From assembly GCF_018350175.1 (NCBI RefSeq), contig NC_058369.1, forward strand, positions 8,124,001 through 8,188,000: a stretch of DNA of 64,000 nucleotides, given 5' to 3'. Below the pieces are notes generated by a model. That model made no database searches and was not told the origin of the DNA. It saw only the letters and a list, made by a program, of their open reading frames with translations. The position numbers and the translations under genes are program-made. Of the stretch, positions 17,005-30,327 are shown piece by piece; position 1 is the first letter of the stretch, and the number at the start of each line of letters is the position of its first letter. This DNA comes from Felis catus (Eukaryota).

Positions 17005-17071
17005 TTTTTTTTATTATTATTCATTTATTCTGAGAGGGACAGAGACAGTGTGAGTGGGGGAGAGCAGAGAC

Positions 17072-17102
<31 letters not shown>

Positions 17103-17231
17103 ACCCCAAGCAGGCTCCGCACTGTCAGCACAGAGCCTGGTGTGGGGCCCGAACCCATGAAACCGTGAGATCGTGACCTGAGCCAAAACCGAGAGTTGGA
17201 CGCTCAACTGACTGAGCCAGCCAGGTGCCCC
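17005..17231 (-). mobile_element. SINEC element
   Basis: CanSINE body; TSD-like ctccattctt on both sides. Confidence 0.9.
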
Positions 17232-18236
17232 AGTTCTTTCTCCATTCTTACTCTTCCAACCTTTGCCTGTCTAGGAACGGAAGCCTATTTCCTTAACTCT
17301 CTCTCTTACTCTCTCTCTCTCTCTTTTATCCAACAGCCAGCTTGAACTTTCAGGTACAGCCCCAGAGGCAGCCAGTAAAGGAGTGTCACAAGATGGTTAG
17401 CCTTGTCCTATTCTGAAAGTTCCTAAAACAATGCGTATTCCTAAAGGAATGTCTGATTCCTCAAGCAATACGATAAGAAAAGAAAGTAGGATGCCTAAGG
17501 AATAGGAGGTGTCAGTTGTTTGCAGACGGGTGGTGCTGTGATTGTCTCAGTGGAAAATAGGAAGAACCAGGGAGCTGAGGGGGTGCCCACGTGCAAAACG
17601 CGTGGCCTTCATCCGCGTGGCACAAACTAGCCAGGAAACAGGGTAGCTGAAGAAGGAAAAAGATCAGGGACTGGAGGCAAATGAAGGACTTGATAGAAAC
17701 CCTCTGGTGACCTTACCTCTCCTCTGCATTTGGGTCGGAAACCATCCAGAACGTTTTCACGGTGAGCAGCCGTCCCCTGTCCTGATCTCCCAGGGTGGCC
17801 GGCTCTGTGGTCGGAGCCACTGAAGACTTGGTGCCGGGACCGGGGATGGGCAGGGAGAGTGGGAAGGAGCCGCAGTTTGCGCCCCAAACAGCCTGGTTCT
17901 CAGGTTACTCTGCAGCCACCATGGCTGCCTCCCAGCCACCTGGGAGTCCAGCTTCTCGGGCCCCGCCCCGCCTCGGAGGCTCTGGGGCCGCTGACCCCTG
18001 GAAATAGCTGGTGCCCTTGGAAGTGGCTGAGGTCAGGACCTCGAAGCCTCAGTTTGACTGAATATGTCTTCTCGTTGCATGAGCCCGAGCTCTTTCCCTT
18101 GGGTAACCCTTTGTGTGGAAGGCGCTTCTCTCTGCCTCTGCCCTGAGCTGGCCGCTTGGCCCCCACAAGGGAGAGAACCTCACCTCATCCTTCCCAGCGT
18201 GTCGCCACACGAGTCCTCTCTCTGCTTCGTTTTCAG

Positions 18237-18288
18237 CGCCCAGCAGAGGAGTACACAGCTGAACAAGAAGAGAGCCATCCCCAACCAG
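18237..18288 (+). CDS. DNM2: Dynamin-2 exon 13 (AQQRSTQLNKKRAIPNQ)
   Basis: tttcag|C acceptor, CAG|gtagcc donor, 52 nt. Confidence 0.96.
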
Positions 18289-19226
18289 GTAGCCCGCCCC
18301 TCCACAGCCCACAGCTCTAGCCTTGGGGGCGGATGGGACTTAGGGACCGCCGAGCCCAGTGACGGTACCTGGCTCGTGACACGTCCCGCCAGACCCCTTA
18401 CCCCCACTCCCAGCCTCTTGAGTCTGTGAAGGTTTGGGTGTTTCAGGAAACCTGTCTTTGAACTAAAGCTCTGGCCCAGGCTGTGGGGGCACATCTGCAC
18501 ACCCAGAAGGCCCTGTCTGACATCCAAGGCCACGGTTAGAACTTGACCCCCAAGAGAGGGGCATGGGTGTCTGCAGCCGAATTGGGTTCCCAGCCCTAGC
18601 CCCAGGAGACTCGGAATCTGTGGGAGGGGGGGCGGGAGGCCGCGTGGTGGTCAGCGGTTCTGGGGAGCCTGAGGGTCCTGTGAGCCCCATTCCTGGAGAA
18701 ACCCAGAGCCACATGAAGCGTTCTCTACCTTGATGTCTTGCCCCAGCCAGAGGCCTTGTGAAATATGAACAGCTTCATATATGCCAGTGTTAGGTGCCTC
18801 CTTTTTTTTTTTTTTTTTTTTTCTTTAAGAAAAACACATCATCCCTACAGAGCTCACCCCACTTCTCCATATTAGACAGGGGTGGGAGCGGGGACAGGGG
18901 TGGGGGCTCTGCTATCTTGCACGATTATAGAGCCCTCTGGAAAAGAAGGATGTAACCACTGCATGATTTTTTTGCGCTTGCCATAGGTAATACATATGTT
19001 GTTGCTTTTTTGTTTCGGGAGATGATAATGAATTAAATATTAACACCATGAATATAATTAATAGCATGTAATTTTTTTTCTTTTGCTGTTTTTTCCCTTG
19101 CTCTTCTCTCCTCCCATTTTTGTGCTTTTCCTGCTTTTTCTCTGTCCCCTCATGTCCCTTACGTTTTCTTTCCCTCTGCCGGCTCTTCTTTGATTTACCC
19201 ACAATCCTAACTTTGCATTTTCAAAG

Positions 19227-19238
19227 GGGGAGATCTTG
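19227..19238 (+). CDS. DNM2: Dynamin-2 12-nt microexon 13bis (GEIL)
   Basis: cctaac branch point, tttcaaag|GGG GAG ATC TTG|gtaagt; matches the known GEIL cassette. Confidence 0.93.
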
Positions 19239-22200
19239 GTAAGTACCCACTTAGTGTGGTAGCGAACATTAGAGAACCTAAGAGTGGTGGAGACCCCGCC
19301 GCCCCGTAAATGTCCCTTTCCCCCCCCAAATAACAGAACAACTAAAAATCGAGCTAACCTAAAAACCCCCTGCCGTGGCCAACACCCGCTGGACTCCGTG
19401 TTGCCCTGGGCATAAGCTGACTCACACGGACACTAACCTGACCGCCACCCTTGTGGGAGGCCCAGCCCGCCCGCCAGCCCATTTCTGACACATGTAGCTA
19501 GTTTCCTATAGGTCAGGGGTGGCAGATACTCAGCTAACACCCCATGCTTCCCTCGCCTCACATCCCTGGCCAGGGGAGATTTTGCCTAAGCCCCGCTGGA
19601 ACTGGTTCTTGCCCCTGCCGCCACTGGCCTCACCATGCCGAAATGTCTCTTCCTGCACTCCGGGCAGACATTACTAATCCATCCAGCGCGCTTTCCTTTG
19701 TGCCCCTCCCTGGCCGTGTGCAGGCATGGCTAATCGATCCTGGCGTACTCTCCTGAGCAGGCCACCACTCCCCTTCCTGTGGCAGATGTGACTTGACTGG
19801 TCAAAGAATTTTTTTCCCCCGCGTGATAGCTTTGCACGTGACACCCCTCGACACCCACGAGAGGCGTGACTGGCTGATCAGGGAACTCTCTCCTGGATGC
19901 TGCCACTATTGTTCCCTGCCCGTGGCAGATATGATGATTGGTTAGACTGTTCCATGCCACTTGCTCCCTTCCCTTAGCGTTTGCCTGCGGCAGGCATCAC
20001 TCCTTTCCCGCCGCGCCCAGGATTCTCACTTTGAATACTCACCGTCTCCCCCTCCAAACAGTCCAGGGGCCCCCTTCTCCTCACACCCCAAGGGGTTTAG
20101 TTGTTCTCTTCCTGCCAGATTCCACATCCCCAGCACCAAAGGCCAGCTGCGCCCCGGCTGCGGGCCCCTGGGTCTCCCGGCCACGGTTCCCATTCCTGCC
20201 CCAGGTGACTCAGGCCTAGAACCCTGACCCAGGAGGAGGCTGACCCACCCTGCCGGCGGGCCCCAGCTTGCTGCTTCCTGCTGCTGCCCGTGCTGCCCCC
20301 GGCGGCCCTTCCTCCCACCCCTGGCGTGTGTGCGTGCCTGGCCCTGTGCACCCCGGAGCGCGGGAGCCTGCCTGCCTCTTCTGCCCCTCCACCCCCCTCC
20401 TTCTAAGCCAGGCCCCTGGGGCACAGATTTGGCTTCTGGATGAGGAAGGCCAGCCACTCCTTCTCCTGTAGACTCAGCACATGTGTCTGCCGCCCACAGC
20501 TTGTGCCTCCCCAGGGTGGGATTTCATCTCTGACCCTACATGGCTCCCACGCGGACAGCTCTCTGGGCAGCTCGAGGGGAAGGGGACCTTGGAGGCCTCT
20601 CCAGGCCTACTCAGATGGGCCATTCCCGGCACGGCATCTGCCCCGTGGCCACATGCCCCACAGCATGGCCAGGGCCCCGTTTGCCAGCTCTGACTGCTAC
20701 TAACTGAGGGTGCAGGCAGGTGAGCCAGGCCAAGGAGGGGGTAGGTGGGGGGCATATCTGCCCCCTTGGGAACTGGGCTGGGCCCCGGGGTGGAGAGGCC
20801 TCACCACACGAAGACTTGTCTTCCGGGGAGCACTGACCGCCTACGTTCTCCACCTCCTTCCTGCTTCTCTTCCCCTGGTTGTCGGTGACTGAAGTGTAGA
20901 AATGCCTACTCTGCCTGGCCTGGGCTAGGACGAGGCAGGCTCTACCCTGGCCCCCGGGCTGGGGAAGGAAGGAGCGGGTATGAACACAGAGACCCACACA
21001 GCTCTGGGACAGGGGGTGTGGTTGCTGGAGCCAGGGACTCCTTCCTGGGCCATCTGCAGGATGGCCTTGAGCCGGAGTCTGAAGACCAGCCTCGCCCCAG
21101 CGTGACCAGACCTCCCACTTTGCCTGGGACTGGGGGCATTCCCAGGACTCCAGGTTTTCAGTGCTAAACCAGGGCACCCAGGGAGGATACCATGACCTTA
21201 CTGGGGCCAGCGGTCTCTGCCCCCTTGCCCACCAGGCGGCCATGGTTGGGCGGGTGCCAGCAAGTCTCTGCTCACTCCCTGGTGGCCACAGGTCTCCAGG
21301 TGCTGTCTCGTCATCACCAGGAAGCCCTAACAAGGGCCGCCAGGTGGCATCCCATGCTGTCTCCAGCCTGGGCGAGGGCTTCTGTGTAGTGCAGAGGTCC
21401 CTGGGTGTGCTCTGGCCGCCTCCACCTTCATGGCCCATGAGGCTCAGAGCCTAATTCCAGCCATAGGAAGCAGGTGGCCCTGTTAAGATTTGACAGGCCT
21501 GGGGGCAGGTCAGAGTGGGAGGAGAAAGCCCCTCCTGAGACCTACCCCTTAGGAAGACACGCGAGCCCCAGGGTCATCCCTCAAGCCCCATCCCGCCCCC
21601 GACCCCCCCCCCCGCCCCGCCCCGAGGCGGGTAGGGAGGTGGGGACTCAACACCAGCCCATCCCAGCTGTCCTTGGCCGCATCTCCGCATAGCTTGGCCC
21701 GGTCTGTTGCTGCCTGGGCCCCAGGCGGCCCTGCCTGTGCCTCCATGTGCTTCCCGCTGCCCGGGGGTCCCCAGACCAGAGTGATGGGTAGCTCTGGCCC
21801 ACACATGCCTCCATGACCCAGGGAACACAGGACCGTGGCCCCTCAGGCTGCCTACACATAGCTGTCAGATGAGTCCTCTGTGTAGACCTGGCCGGACTCT
21901 GCCTCCTACTCAGATGACAGCTGCAGGCAGACGAGCCCCGGCCAGGGGATCTTCCAGGCCAGAGCCTCAGCGCGTCAGAGAAGAGTAGGACTTCCGGGTT
22001 TGAGGCCAGCGAGGGGCATGATCCCCGGCGGGTGCCCCAAGCTCAAACCTTTGGCCCCAGCCCTCTGGGCAGAAGCATCCCTTCTTCCTGTACTCTGGAA
22101 AGAGCCTGTGGGGAAGAGAGCCCCAGGACAGAGGCTGGCCGCAGTCCCCGTCCAGAGCAGGACACCAAGTGTCCACCATAGTAAGCTGGGCAGGTGACCA

Positions 22201-22753
22201 ACGGCGCGGGCAGCAGAGTCAACACTGTGGGTTAAGCTTCTGCCGGTCAGCCGCAAAAGGAGAGAGAGAAAGAACCACTCCCATTTCGTGGCAATTCCCC
22301 CAGCCTTCCGCCAACAGCCATCTTCCAGAGGGTGTGAGGGCGTCCCTGGCACTTGGTCCCGCAAGTGTGATTCCTCCGATGTCACGTCCCATGTGACACA
22401 CTCCCATACAAGCCCGGGAACTGTCCCGGGCCCCTTGTAGCCGGGCACACCTTTTCTTGCCTGTGCTGACTCGACCCCGCGTGCAGGGGGTCTCCCGGGG
22501 GACCCGGTTCCCTGCCCCCCTCCACCCCCACCCCCGAGCCTTGTGAGTGAGTGTGCGTGCCCCGTGTCTGTCTGCCTGGGCATCCTGTGTTGGTTTGCGG
22601 TGGGAAATGCTTGGGGGCAAGGTGGAGTTGGGTTGCCTGGCCTAGGGCTGGAGGCATCTCTGCCATGTGGTCCGTCTTCCTTACTGAGGACGAGGGCCCT
22701 GGGCCCTGCACGGGGGTGGGCCGGGCTGGGCGGCAGGCGTTGTCCCCCTCTGA

Positions 22754-23059
<306 letters not shown>

Positions 23060-25399
23060 TGACCCTCTAGGGGTCCAGCCTGATAGCAGCTCCACTTCAG
23101 GAGGAAAGGGAGATGGAGAGGGGAGCCCTTGGCAGGCTAGAAACCGACCCCAGCTTCCAGAGTCACAGGGAGGCATCCCTGGCTCTCAGAGGGGGCCCGG
23201 CCAGGTTGCTGAGGTGCTGGGGGTCCAATGTCTACAAGGGGCTCAGCCAGGCGCCTCGTTTCCCTGTCTAATGAAGTGGGGTAGAATGGCCCCTGTGACG
23301 TGCTTAGCTATTAGCGTCGGTCTAGAACATTCCCTATGTACTTGTCCTGATCCAAAGGGCCTGGGGAGGCCTCTGGGAATGGCACCAGGAACGCAAACCC
23401 CAGGGCTGTGTGCTGCCTTGTACCGTGGTCTCCGGGAACCCGCAGGCAAGCCCTGTGAGCCATTGCGCCCCCAGCCCAGCGGGCCCCCTCTCGGGCAGCA
23501 CTGCCGTCTGGGTCCCTTCTCCGCCTCGGCACTGGCCTGTCCTCCCGGCCCGAGCGGCCCACGTCTTTGCTTAGTTCTCTGAACAACGTGGCTACGGCCT
23601 AGTGGCCCGGGAATGGCGCTGCTCCAGTGTGACTGCCTGTTGCTGCTCTGTCGTGGGCGGGATCGATCGGCTTCTGAGGGTCACCAGTGGGGGACACTGT
23701 GTTGCTTTCATTTTCCTGGGTTGCCCCATGAAAGGCCCACCAGCCCTCCCTGTTGGCCAGGGCGGCGTTAGGCGTCTGTGACAGAGGCCCAAACGAAGGC
23801 ACTAATGGAGACGGCAGTCTGTTTCTTGCCCGTGTCCTGGGGAGCTTGGCAGGCCTGTGCCGGGAGGCTGTCCGGAGCCCGAGCTCCGCCTTCCCCATTT
23901 TGCCACCTTAACGTGTGACTCCCCTGCCGTGGTCCCATATCCCCCCTGCCCATCCCAGTATGATCTGTAGCAGCCTGGAGAAGAAGGGCCTGCGGAGGAA
24001 AGTACCTGCATTGCTCTGCTCGTGCCCCTGACCATCCGGTCACATGGCCACCGTGTGTCCTAGTCACCTGGGACGGCACAGCTCTTGTTTGTCAAGTCCC
24101 TGCCCTGTGCCAGGCTCACTGGCTTGGGGAGCCCACCGTGGCCACAATTTCCTCAGAAAATCCTTATGCTCCGTTTGTTCTTAAGGAATCGGGCTCCAAG
24201 CAGTGACTCGCCCTGTGTCACAGAGTGGGGAAGGGTCCCTGTGTTGGGGGTATAGGGCGTGTGCTCCCTGTCCTGAGAGACACCTCAGCCCTGGCCTGGA
24301 CCACTCTCTTGTGGCCCGGGCTGGACATGGTTCCTCCGAGGGAGGGTGTCTAGGGGTGAAATGTCATTGTTCCCACTCATTCTGGAACCTTCCAAGAGCA
24401 TCGGGAACCCCGCGCCCCCTGAAGGACCCTGTCTGGTGGCTGTTTCTAAGCCGGGAGAGGGCGTGGCCACGACCACAGAGCCTCTCGGGATTGGGATGTG
24501 GAGGGAGGGTGAGGTCAGGCGTTTCTTAAGGAACCCTCGTGGCCAGATCAGCTTCTCAAAATGGCCGGGGTGAGGGGGTGGGGATGACGCTTTTGCATTT
24601 TCTCCCTCCTTCCGCCCCCACAGTCTGAAAGCCGGTCTGCTGAGGCTTTCACCAGGCCAGCTGAGGGCCGGTCTCCACCTTGGGCCCGGGCATCTCCGCC
24701 CAGGGTGGGAGTGCCAGGCTTTGTGATGGCCTTGGGCAGTGGTAGGGGGACTTGGGGCCCGAACCCCCTCCTGGCCGTTCACTGCAAGTCCGGTTTTAAG
24801 AGTTCCTTTTCTTTAGTGGAGAAGGGGTCCCTCGTTTTCCCCTCATGTGGGGGTTGAAAGCAGCAGCCCCGGACCTTCCTGCGGGCCCAGACCCAGGGCA
24901 GGGGAGGCTTCGGGACGGGAGGAGGGTGGATCGCCCGCCGGCGGTAACGAGAACCGTCAGGCCCGTGAAAGGGGCCCTGTGTGCGCCGCAGACACAAAGC
25001 AGTCTGAGGTCGGGAGGGGCGGGACCCTCGGAACCCCACACGTGGCAGCCGCCCCCCCCCGCCCCCCCCCCAGCTCAGGGTCCTTCTCAGAGAGGCGAAC
25101 CGTATTTCTTTATTTTAAAAAAATAACCCAAGAGGAAGCAGTTACAGAGTGGGGTGGGACTAGGGGGACCGTTCAGCCAGAGCCCCTTCCCCCGCGGCTG
25201 GCGGCGGCTCCCTCTGCTTTTCCCTGGCACCTCGTCTCCCACCCAGGCCCTTCTTGACTCCCCAGGCTTCTGTGTACGTCTCTCCATCCCGGTGGAGAGC
25301 AGGGCGGTGGGCGATGACACTCACCTCCGGGTCCGCCTCGCTGCGGAGGGGGCGGAAGTTCGGGGGTGCCCGTCCCGACGCGCCGCTTGCCCGAGCCCA

Positions 25400-25470
25400 G
25401 CCTAACCAATGTGCAGACTACTGTACACATTCAGAACCCCCTGAACAGGTAGTCTGAACACTGGGTGGGC
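25400..25470 (-). ncRNA. MIR199A1: pre-miR-199a-1 hairpin, antisense in the DNM2 intron; miR-199a-5p at 25443-25465, miR-199a-3p at 25403-25424
   Basis: minus strand reads CCCAGUGUUCAGACUACCUGUUC...ACAGUAGUCUGCACAUUGGUUA, the two mature miR-199a arms, which are complementary; miR-199 genes are known to lie antisense in dynamin introns. Confidence 0.97.
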
Positions 25471-25900
25471 GGGGCCGGCTGTCCGTCCTGCAGGCCCCCT
25501 GGCGGGGGGGAGGGGGGACAAGGAGGGCCACTGTGCCCCGGCCCCTTGGAGCGGGCGGGGAGGCCGGTGCCTGCGCCGATGCGCTTCTCTCGTCTGACGT
25601 GGCACGGCTGGGGCCGGCTCGCATCTGGAGAAAGTTGTGGGTTTGCAGGAAATCCTAAGGAGGGGGCTGGGGAGCGGGTGGGCGTGGGCGGGAGGGAGGG
25701 TTTGGGTCCGCGGCCTCTGTGTGCAGGCAGAGGGCTCTTTGGGGGGCGGGTGGGGGCGGGGTGCGCACACGCCACTGCGTCTCTGTGTGTTTGTGTTCTG
25801 TGCGTGCGTGTCAACAGCATCAGGAAGGCAGCTGCCGCGCTCTGGGCGGAATCACACTATAAACAGTTCCAGATGTGGCGTCTCGCTCGGGGCCCAGAAG
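25471..25900 (-). promoter_or_regulatory. Putative miR-199a-1 promoter region
   Basis: CpG/GC-box-rich segment upstream (minus sense) of the hairpin; E-boxes CATCTG 25622-25627 and CAGATG 25870-25875. Confidence 0.5.
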
Positions 25901-27270
25901 GACTGTGACTCAGTTACTTGGCCTGGCCAGCCGACTGGAAGCTTCCTGCCTCCTGACACGACAGGGCGGGGGCAGCAGAGGCCCTTCCACAGTCTTCTGA
26001 GCAGGGAACCCCCATCCCGGCCCCTTCTAAAGCCCCCGAGACTCTTCTCCGGAAGGTTGGAGGGCCCTGGGACTTAGCCGGAGCCTTTCTGTGCCGTCTC
26101 CTTCCTCAGACCCCCCTCTGCAGCATGAACGGGGGGTCCGCACCTCGGTGGCCGCCAGGCCCCTCTTCTGCTCCTCACTCAGCTCGGCCGGAAGGAGCAC
26201 TCTGCCTGGCTTCCTCCTTTGCCAGAGTCCTGGGACCTGACCCTAGAGCCATAAGACTGAGGGACAAACACACAGAAGAAAACCCTAGTGTCTCCTGGGC
26301 TCGACTTAATCCTCACCTTGCACAGGGAGGGCAGGACTCCTGTCTGCCTTTGACAGATGAGGAAACTGAGGCATAGAGAGGGAGTGCTTTGCCCAAGGGT
26401 CCGTGGCCGGGGAGGGGCAGAGCCCATCTGAACTGCTAAGGCCTGGGCCGCAGGGAGGTCTAAGATGATGCACCCACAGGGGCCCAGCCTCAGGCTGGGG
26501 GTACAGTAGGTCCTTAGCCTCCATCGGTGGGTGAATGTTGGCTTCCGTGACTCGCCAGGCCTGTGCCCCTGGCTGAGGGCCGCATCCTCTCAGCTGCTTC
26601 CCCAGCAGCCGCCAGGACTGCTGTGCCTGTACTCCGTGGGGCACTTCCTGATCAGGGCTGCCCTTGGGAAGCGAGTGACACTTCCGTGGCTTTGGAGCTC
26701 AGGCATCACCTCAAGGGGGCTCACTTTCCAGCTCCAGGATCATCTGAAGCTGACTAGTTTTAAATCCCAGCCCTACCCCTGAATCGTTGCCTGCCCCCTC
26801 TTTGTCTCAGTCTGCCTCTCTGTAAGATGGGATCATAGCAGTAATTCAGTTACAGGCTCATTGTGAAGATAGAGTGGTCGTAGGTGTGGTAGTGAACCAG
26901 ACAGGAGTCCCTGCCCTTGAGGAACTGACGAATGAGGTGGGTGACAGAGAATAGCCTAGGTCAGTGAGCAGGATAAGGTGTTGTGTTACGCGAGAGGAAG
27001 TACCAAGGGGAGAAGGAGGACGGAGAAGGCAAGGGAGACAGTGCCTGCGAACGTGTGGGGTGGGGTCGGGGCAGGCCTCTCCGAGAGGGTCCCCTCCGCA
27101 CAAAAACCTGAAGGAGGCAAGGAGGGAGCCACGCGGGCATTGGGAGGAGGAACATTCCAGCAAAGGCCCTGGGGTGACACGAGCCCACCTGGCACCTTGA
27201 GGGAGCGTCGAGGGGGCCAGCATGGCTGGGGCAAAGTGGACAAGGGAGAGGCGGGGGCCGAGGCAGGTGA

Positions 27271-27477
<207 letters not shown>

Positions 27478-27592
27478 TGAGGGCCCACTGGGCGAGGGTG
27501 GCCGTCCCCATCCAGTCAGCAGTACCCACTGAGCGTCTTCTGTGTAAAGTCCCTGCCCTGGGGTCTCATGTTCCAGAAAGGGAATCGAGTGA

Positions 27593-27810
27593 GGGGCGCC
27601 TGGGGGGCTCAGTCGGTTAAGCGGCCGACTTCGGCTCAGGTCATGATCTCACGGTTCGTGGGTTCAAGCCCCGCGTCGGGCTCTGTGCTGACAGCTCGGA
27701 GCCTGGAGCCTCTTTCGGATTCTGTGTTCCCTCCCCCCCCCCCACCCTGCTCCTCCCCCCCACTAGCACTCTGTCTCTCTCTGTCTCAAAATTAAACATT
27801 AAAAAAAAAA
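27593..27810 (+). mobile_element. SINEC element
   Basis: TSD agaaagggaatc(g/a)agtga at 27575-27592 and 27813-27830. Confidence 0.92.
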
Positions 27811-29544
27811 TTAGAAAGGGAATCAAGTGAGAAACAGAAAACCGCCGTGGGTGCTTCCAGTGTGTGGTCAGGAAAGTCCTATCTGGGCAGAGACCTGATG
27901 AAGTGATGGCCGAGGTTCTGAGCGGAGGAGGGACTGGCCCCTGCTCAGGTGCTCACAGGCGCCCCCTGGTGGCTGTGGCGGGGTAGGGCAGGAGTGGGGA
28001 AACTAGGATGGGTTGCATAGCACTGGTCCAGGTGGGAGGCTGTGGGGGCTGGGCTGGGGTGGGGCTGAGGACGTGAGGGGGAGGCAGCCGATGCTGATGC
28101 TGAGAGTCAGAGCTCACCAAAGCCCTGGTGGATGTGGGTGCAAGAGAGGAAGGCATTTTCTGGTGACCCTGAACTCACGGAGGGACCGAGCTGCCATCAG
28201 CTGGGGAAGGCAGAGTCAGGGTAGACTTGGGGACCATCAGGGGCTGGGTTGGGGCCATGCTGAGGGAGAGAGGCCTCTGAGACACCACGTGGGGAATCAG
28301 GGAGGCAGCCGTGCACATCCAAGAGTCTGGTGTTGGGGAATGAGCTCCAGGCGGGGTGTGAATTGGGGAGTTGTTAATGCATGGCCACGTTCAAAGTCAT
28401 AGATGGGCGTGAGACCCTCAGGTGCGTGTAGATAGAAGAGAAAGGCCGAGGAGGTCCTCGGAAAACCCACCCCGCCGGGCACTGGGGGGAGACTTCAGCA
28501 AAAATAAAGATGTTTTTCTCAGCTTGGGAAGAGGTCCAGCTGGCAGGGGATCCGAGAGCAGGGGGAAGGGCAGAGTGTGGACGCGGGACTCTGGTGCGTC
28601 CTCATCCAGGAGCCAGGGAGCACCTAAGTCGCAGTGGCTTTCAGCCAAGGCCTGGAGGTTCTTCACAATGGACCAACAGACATCGACATCCTCCCCGCTG
28701 CCCCGGAACCACCTCCCTCACTGCCCATCGCTCCCATGGGTTGGAGCCAGCGTCACGTTCTGTGTAGGAGTAGCTCTACCTGCTTTGTCACAGAATGGCC
28801 TGAAGCTCTGGGACCCGCTTTGGCGTGGCTGAACCTGGGCTTTGTTGTGGGGCAGGCCTGCCAGGAAGCGCTTCCTTGCTGCACAGTGGGCAGCTGGCCC
28901 GCCTCCCTGGGCCCGTGATCCCCTGTGAAGATGGTACCTAATGTATCACTTACGAGTGAGCTCAGGAACCCCAGAATAATAGTCACGGAAACAAGATAGA
29001 AGTTGCTATTGTTTCTTATGACGTTCCCATCTGGGGCAGGTGGGGCAGCTCCAAAGGCATCCAGGTCCATCCTTATTCCTGAGCCTTCCTCCTCCTCTTC
29101 CAAGATGGCTGCCCGAGGTCCAGCCACCATGATATTCCAGGCAGTGCAACAGAAGAGGAAGAGCCTTCCCAACGAAGGCCCGCCTCCCACTCTCTGAGAC
29201 TCCTTCCAGAAGTCTCAGGGCAGCCACGCACTGACTGCTAGTTGGCCGTAGCTCCGTCACGGGCCATGAGTAACCTCAGACTCGGATCTCACGCCGAAGC
29301 GGTGGGCCAGCTTGGCCGTCTCGGCCACCGCTGCCCTGTGGGACAGGAGAGCACGTGTGTGGCTCAGATCCCAGCCTGCAGAACACTGTCCATCCGTCTC
29401 TCCTCCAGCCTTGTGGCTCTTGCCGCCTCTGCTCACATACCCACAGTTGTCCTGCTTTGCACATGCTCAGCTGGGAGCCCCAACCCTCCACATCCCTCCC
29501 CCCACCAGCCCAGCCCCCCCAGGAATCGGGGCACATTCTAGACC

Positions 29545-29745
29545 TTCAGTATCCAGTGCAGTAGCCACTGGCCCAAATTTAGCTATTTAAATGTTAACTG
29601 ACTGAAATAAAATGAAGTTGAAATTCACTTCCTTAGTCACCCTGGCCCCGTTCCCGGTGCTCACAAAGAACCCACCTACGGCTCCTTGCTACCGCACCTG
29701 ACGACACAGGTTCTGCCGTCGCGGAATGTTCTTTTGAACAACTTT
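29545..29745 (-). mobile_element. MER3/MER33-like hAT-Charlie DNA transposon remnant
   Basis: gtagccactggcc...tttaaat...aattcacttccttagtcac...gtgctca resembles the recalled MER3 consensus. Confidence 0.6.
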
Positions 29746-29985
29746 GCTGTAGCCTCCCTGAGAAACCTTGATGGGAGCTTCCCCAGGCAGGGGTGTTAGG
29801 GGACACCTGCCCACTTCTGAGAGTGTCTTGGGCAGCCTTTGGCCCCCACAGGAGGGCATGGAAGAGGGGAGAGGAGAGGAGTCACCCGAACCCACAAAAA
29901 CAAAACCCCACGGATGCCACTAGATGCAGACATCACCGAGCATGTGCGCTGCACTTGGCAGGGTTTTAGATGCTGTAGGCACTAA

Positions 29986-30327
<342 letters not shown>

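Noticed and set aside
19930..20030. ATGATGA box C suggesting an intronic C/D snoRNA
   Set aside because: No CTGA box D or terminal stem at a suitable distance.
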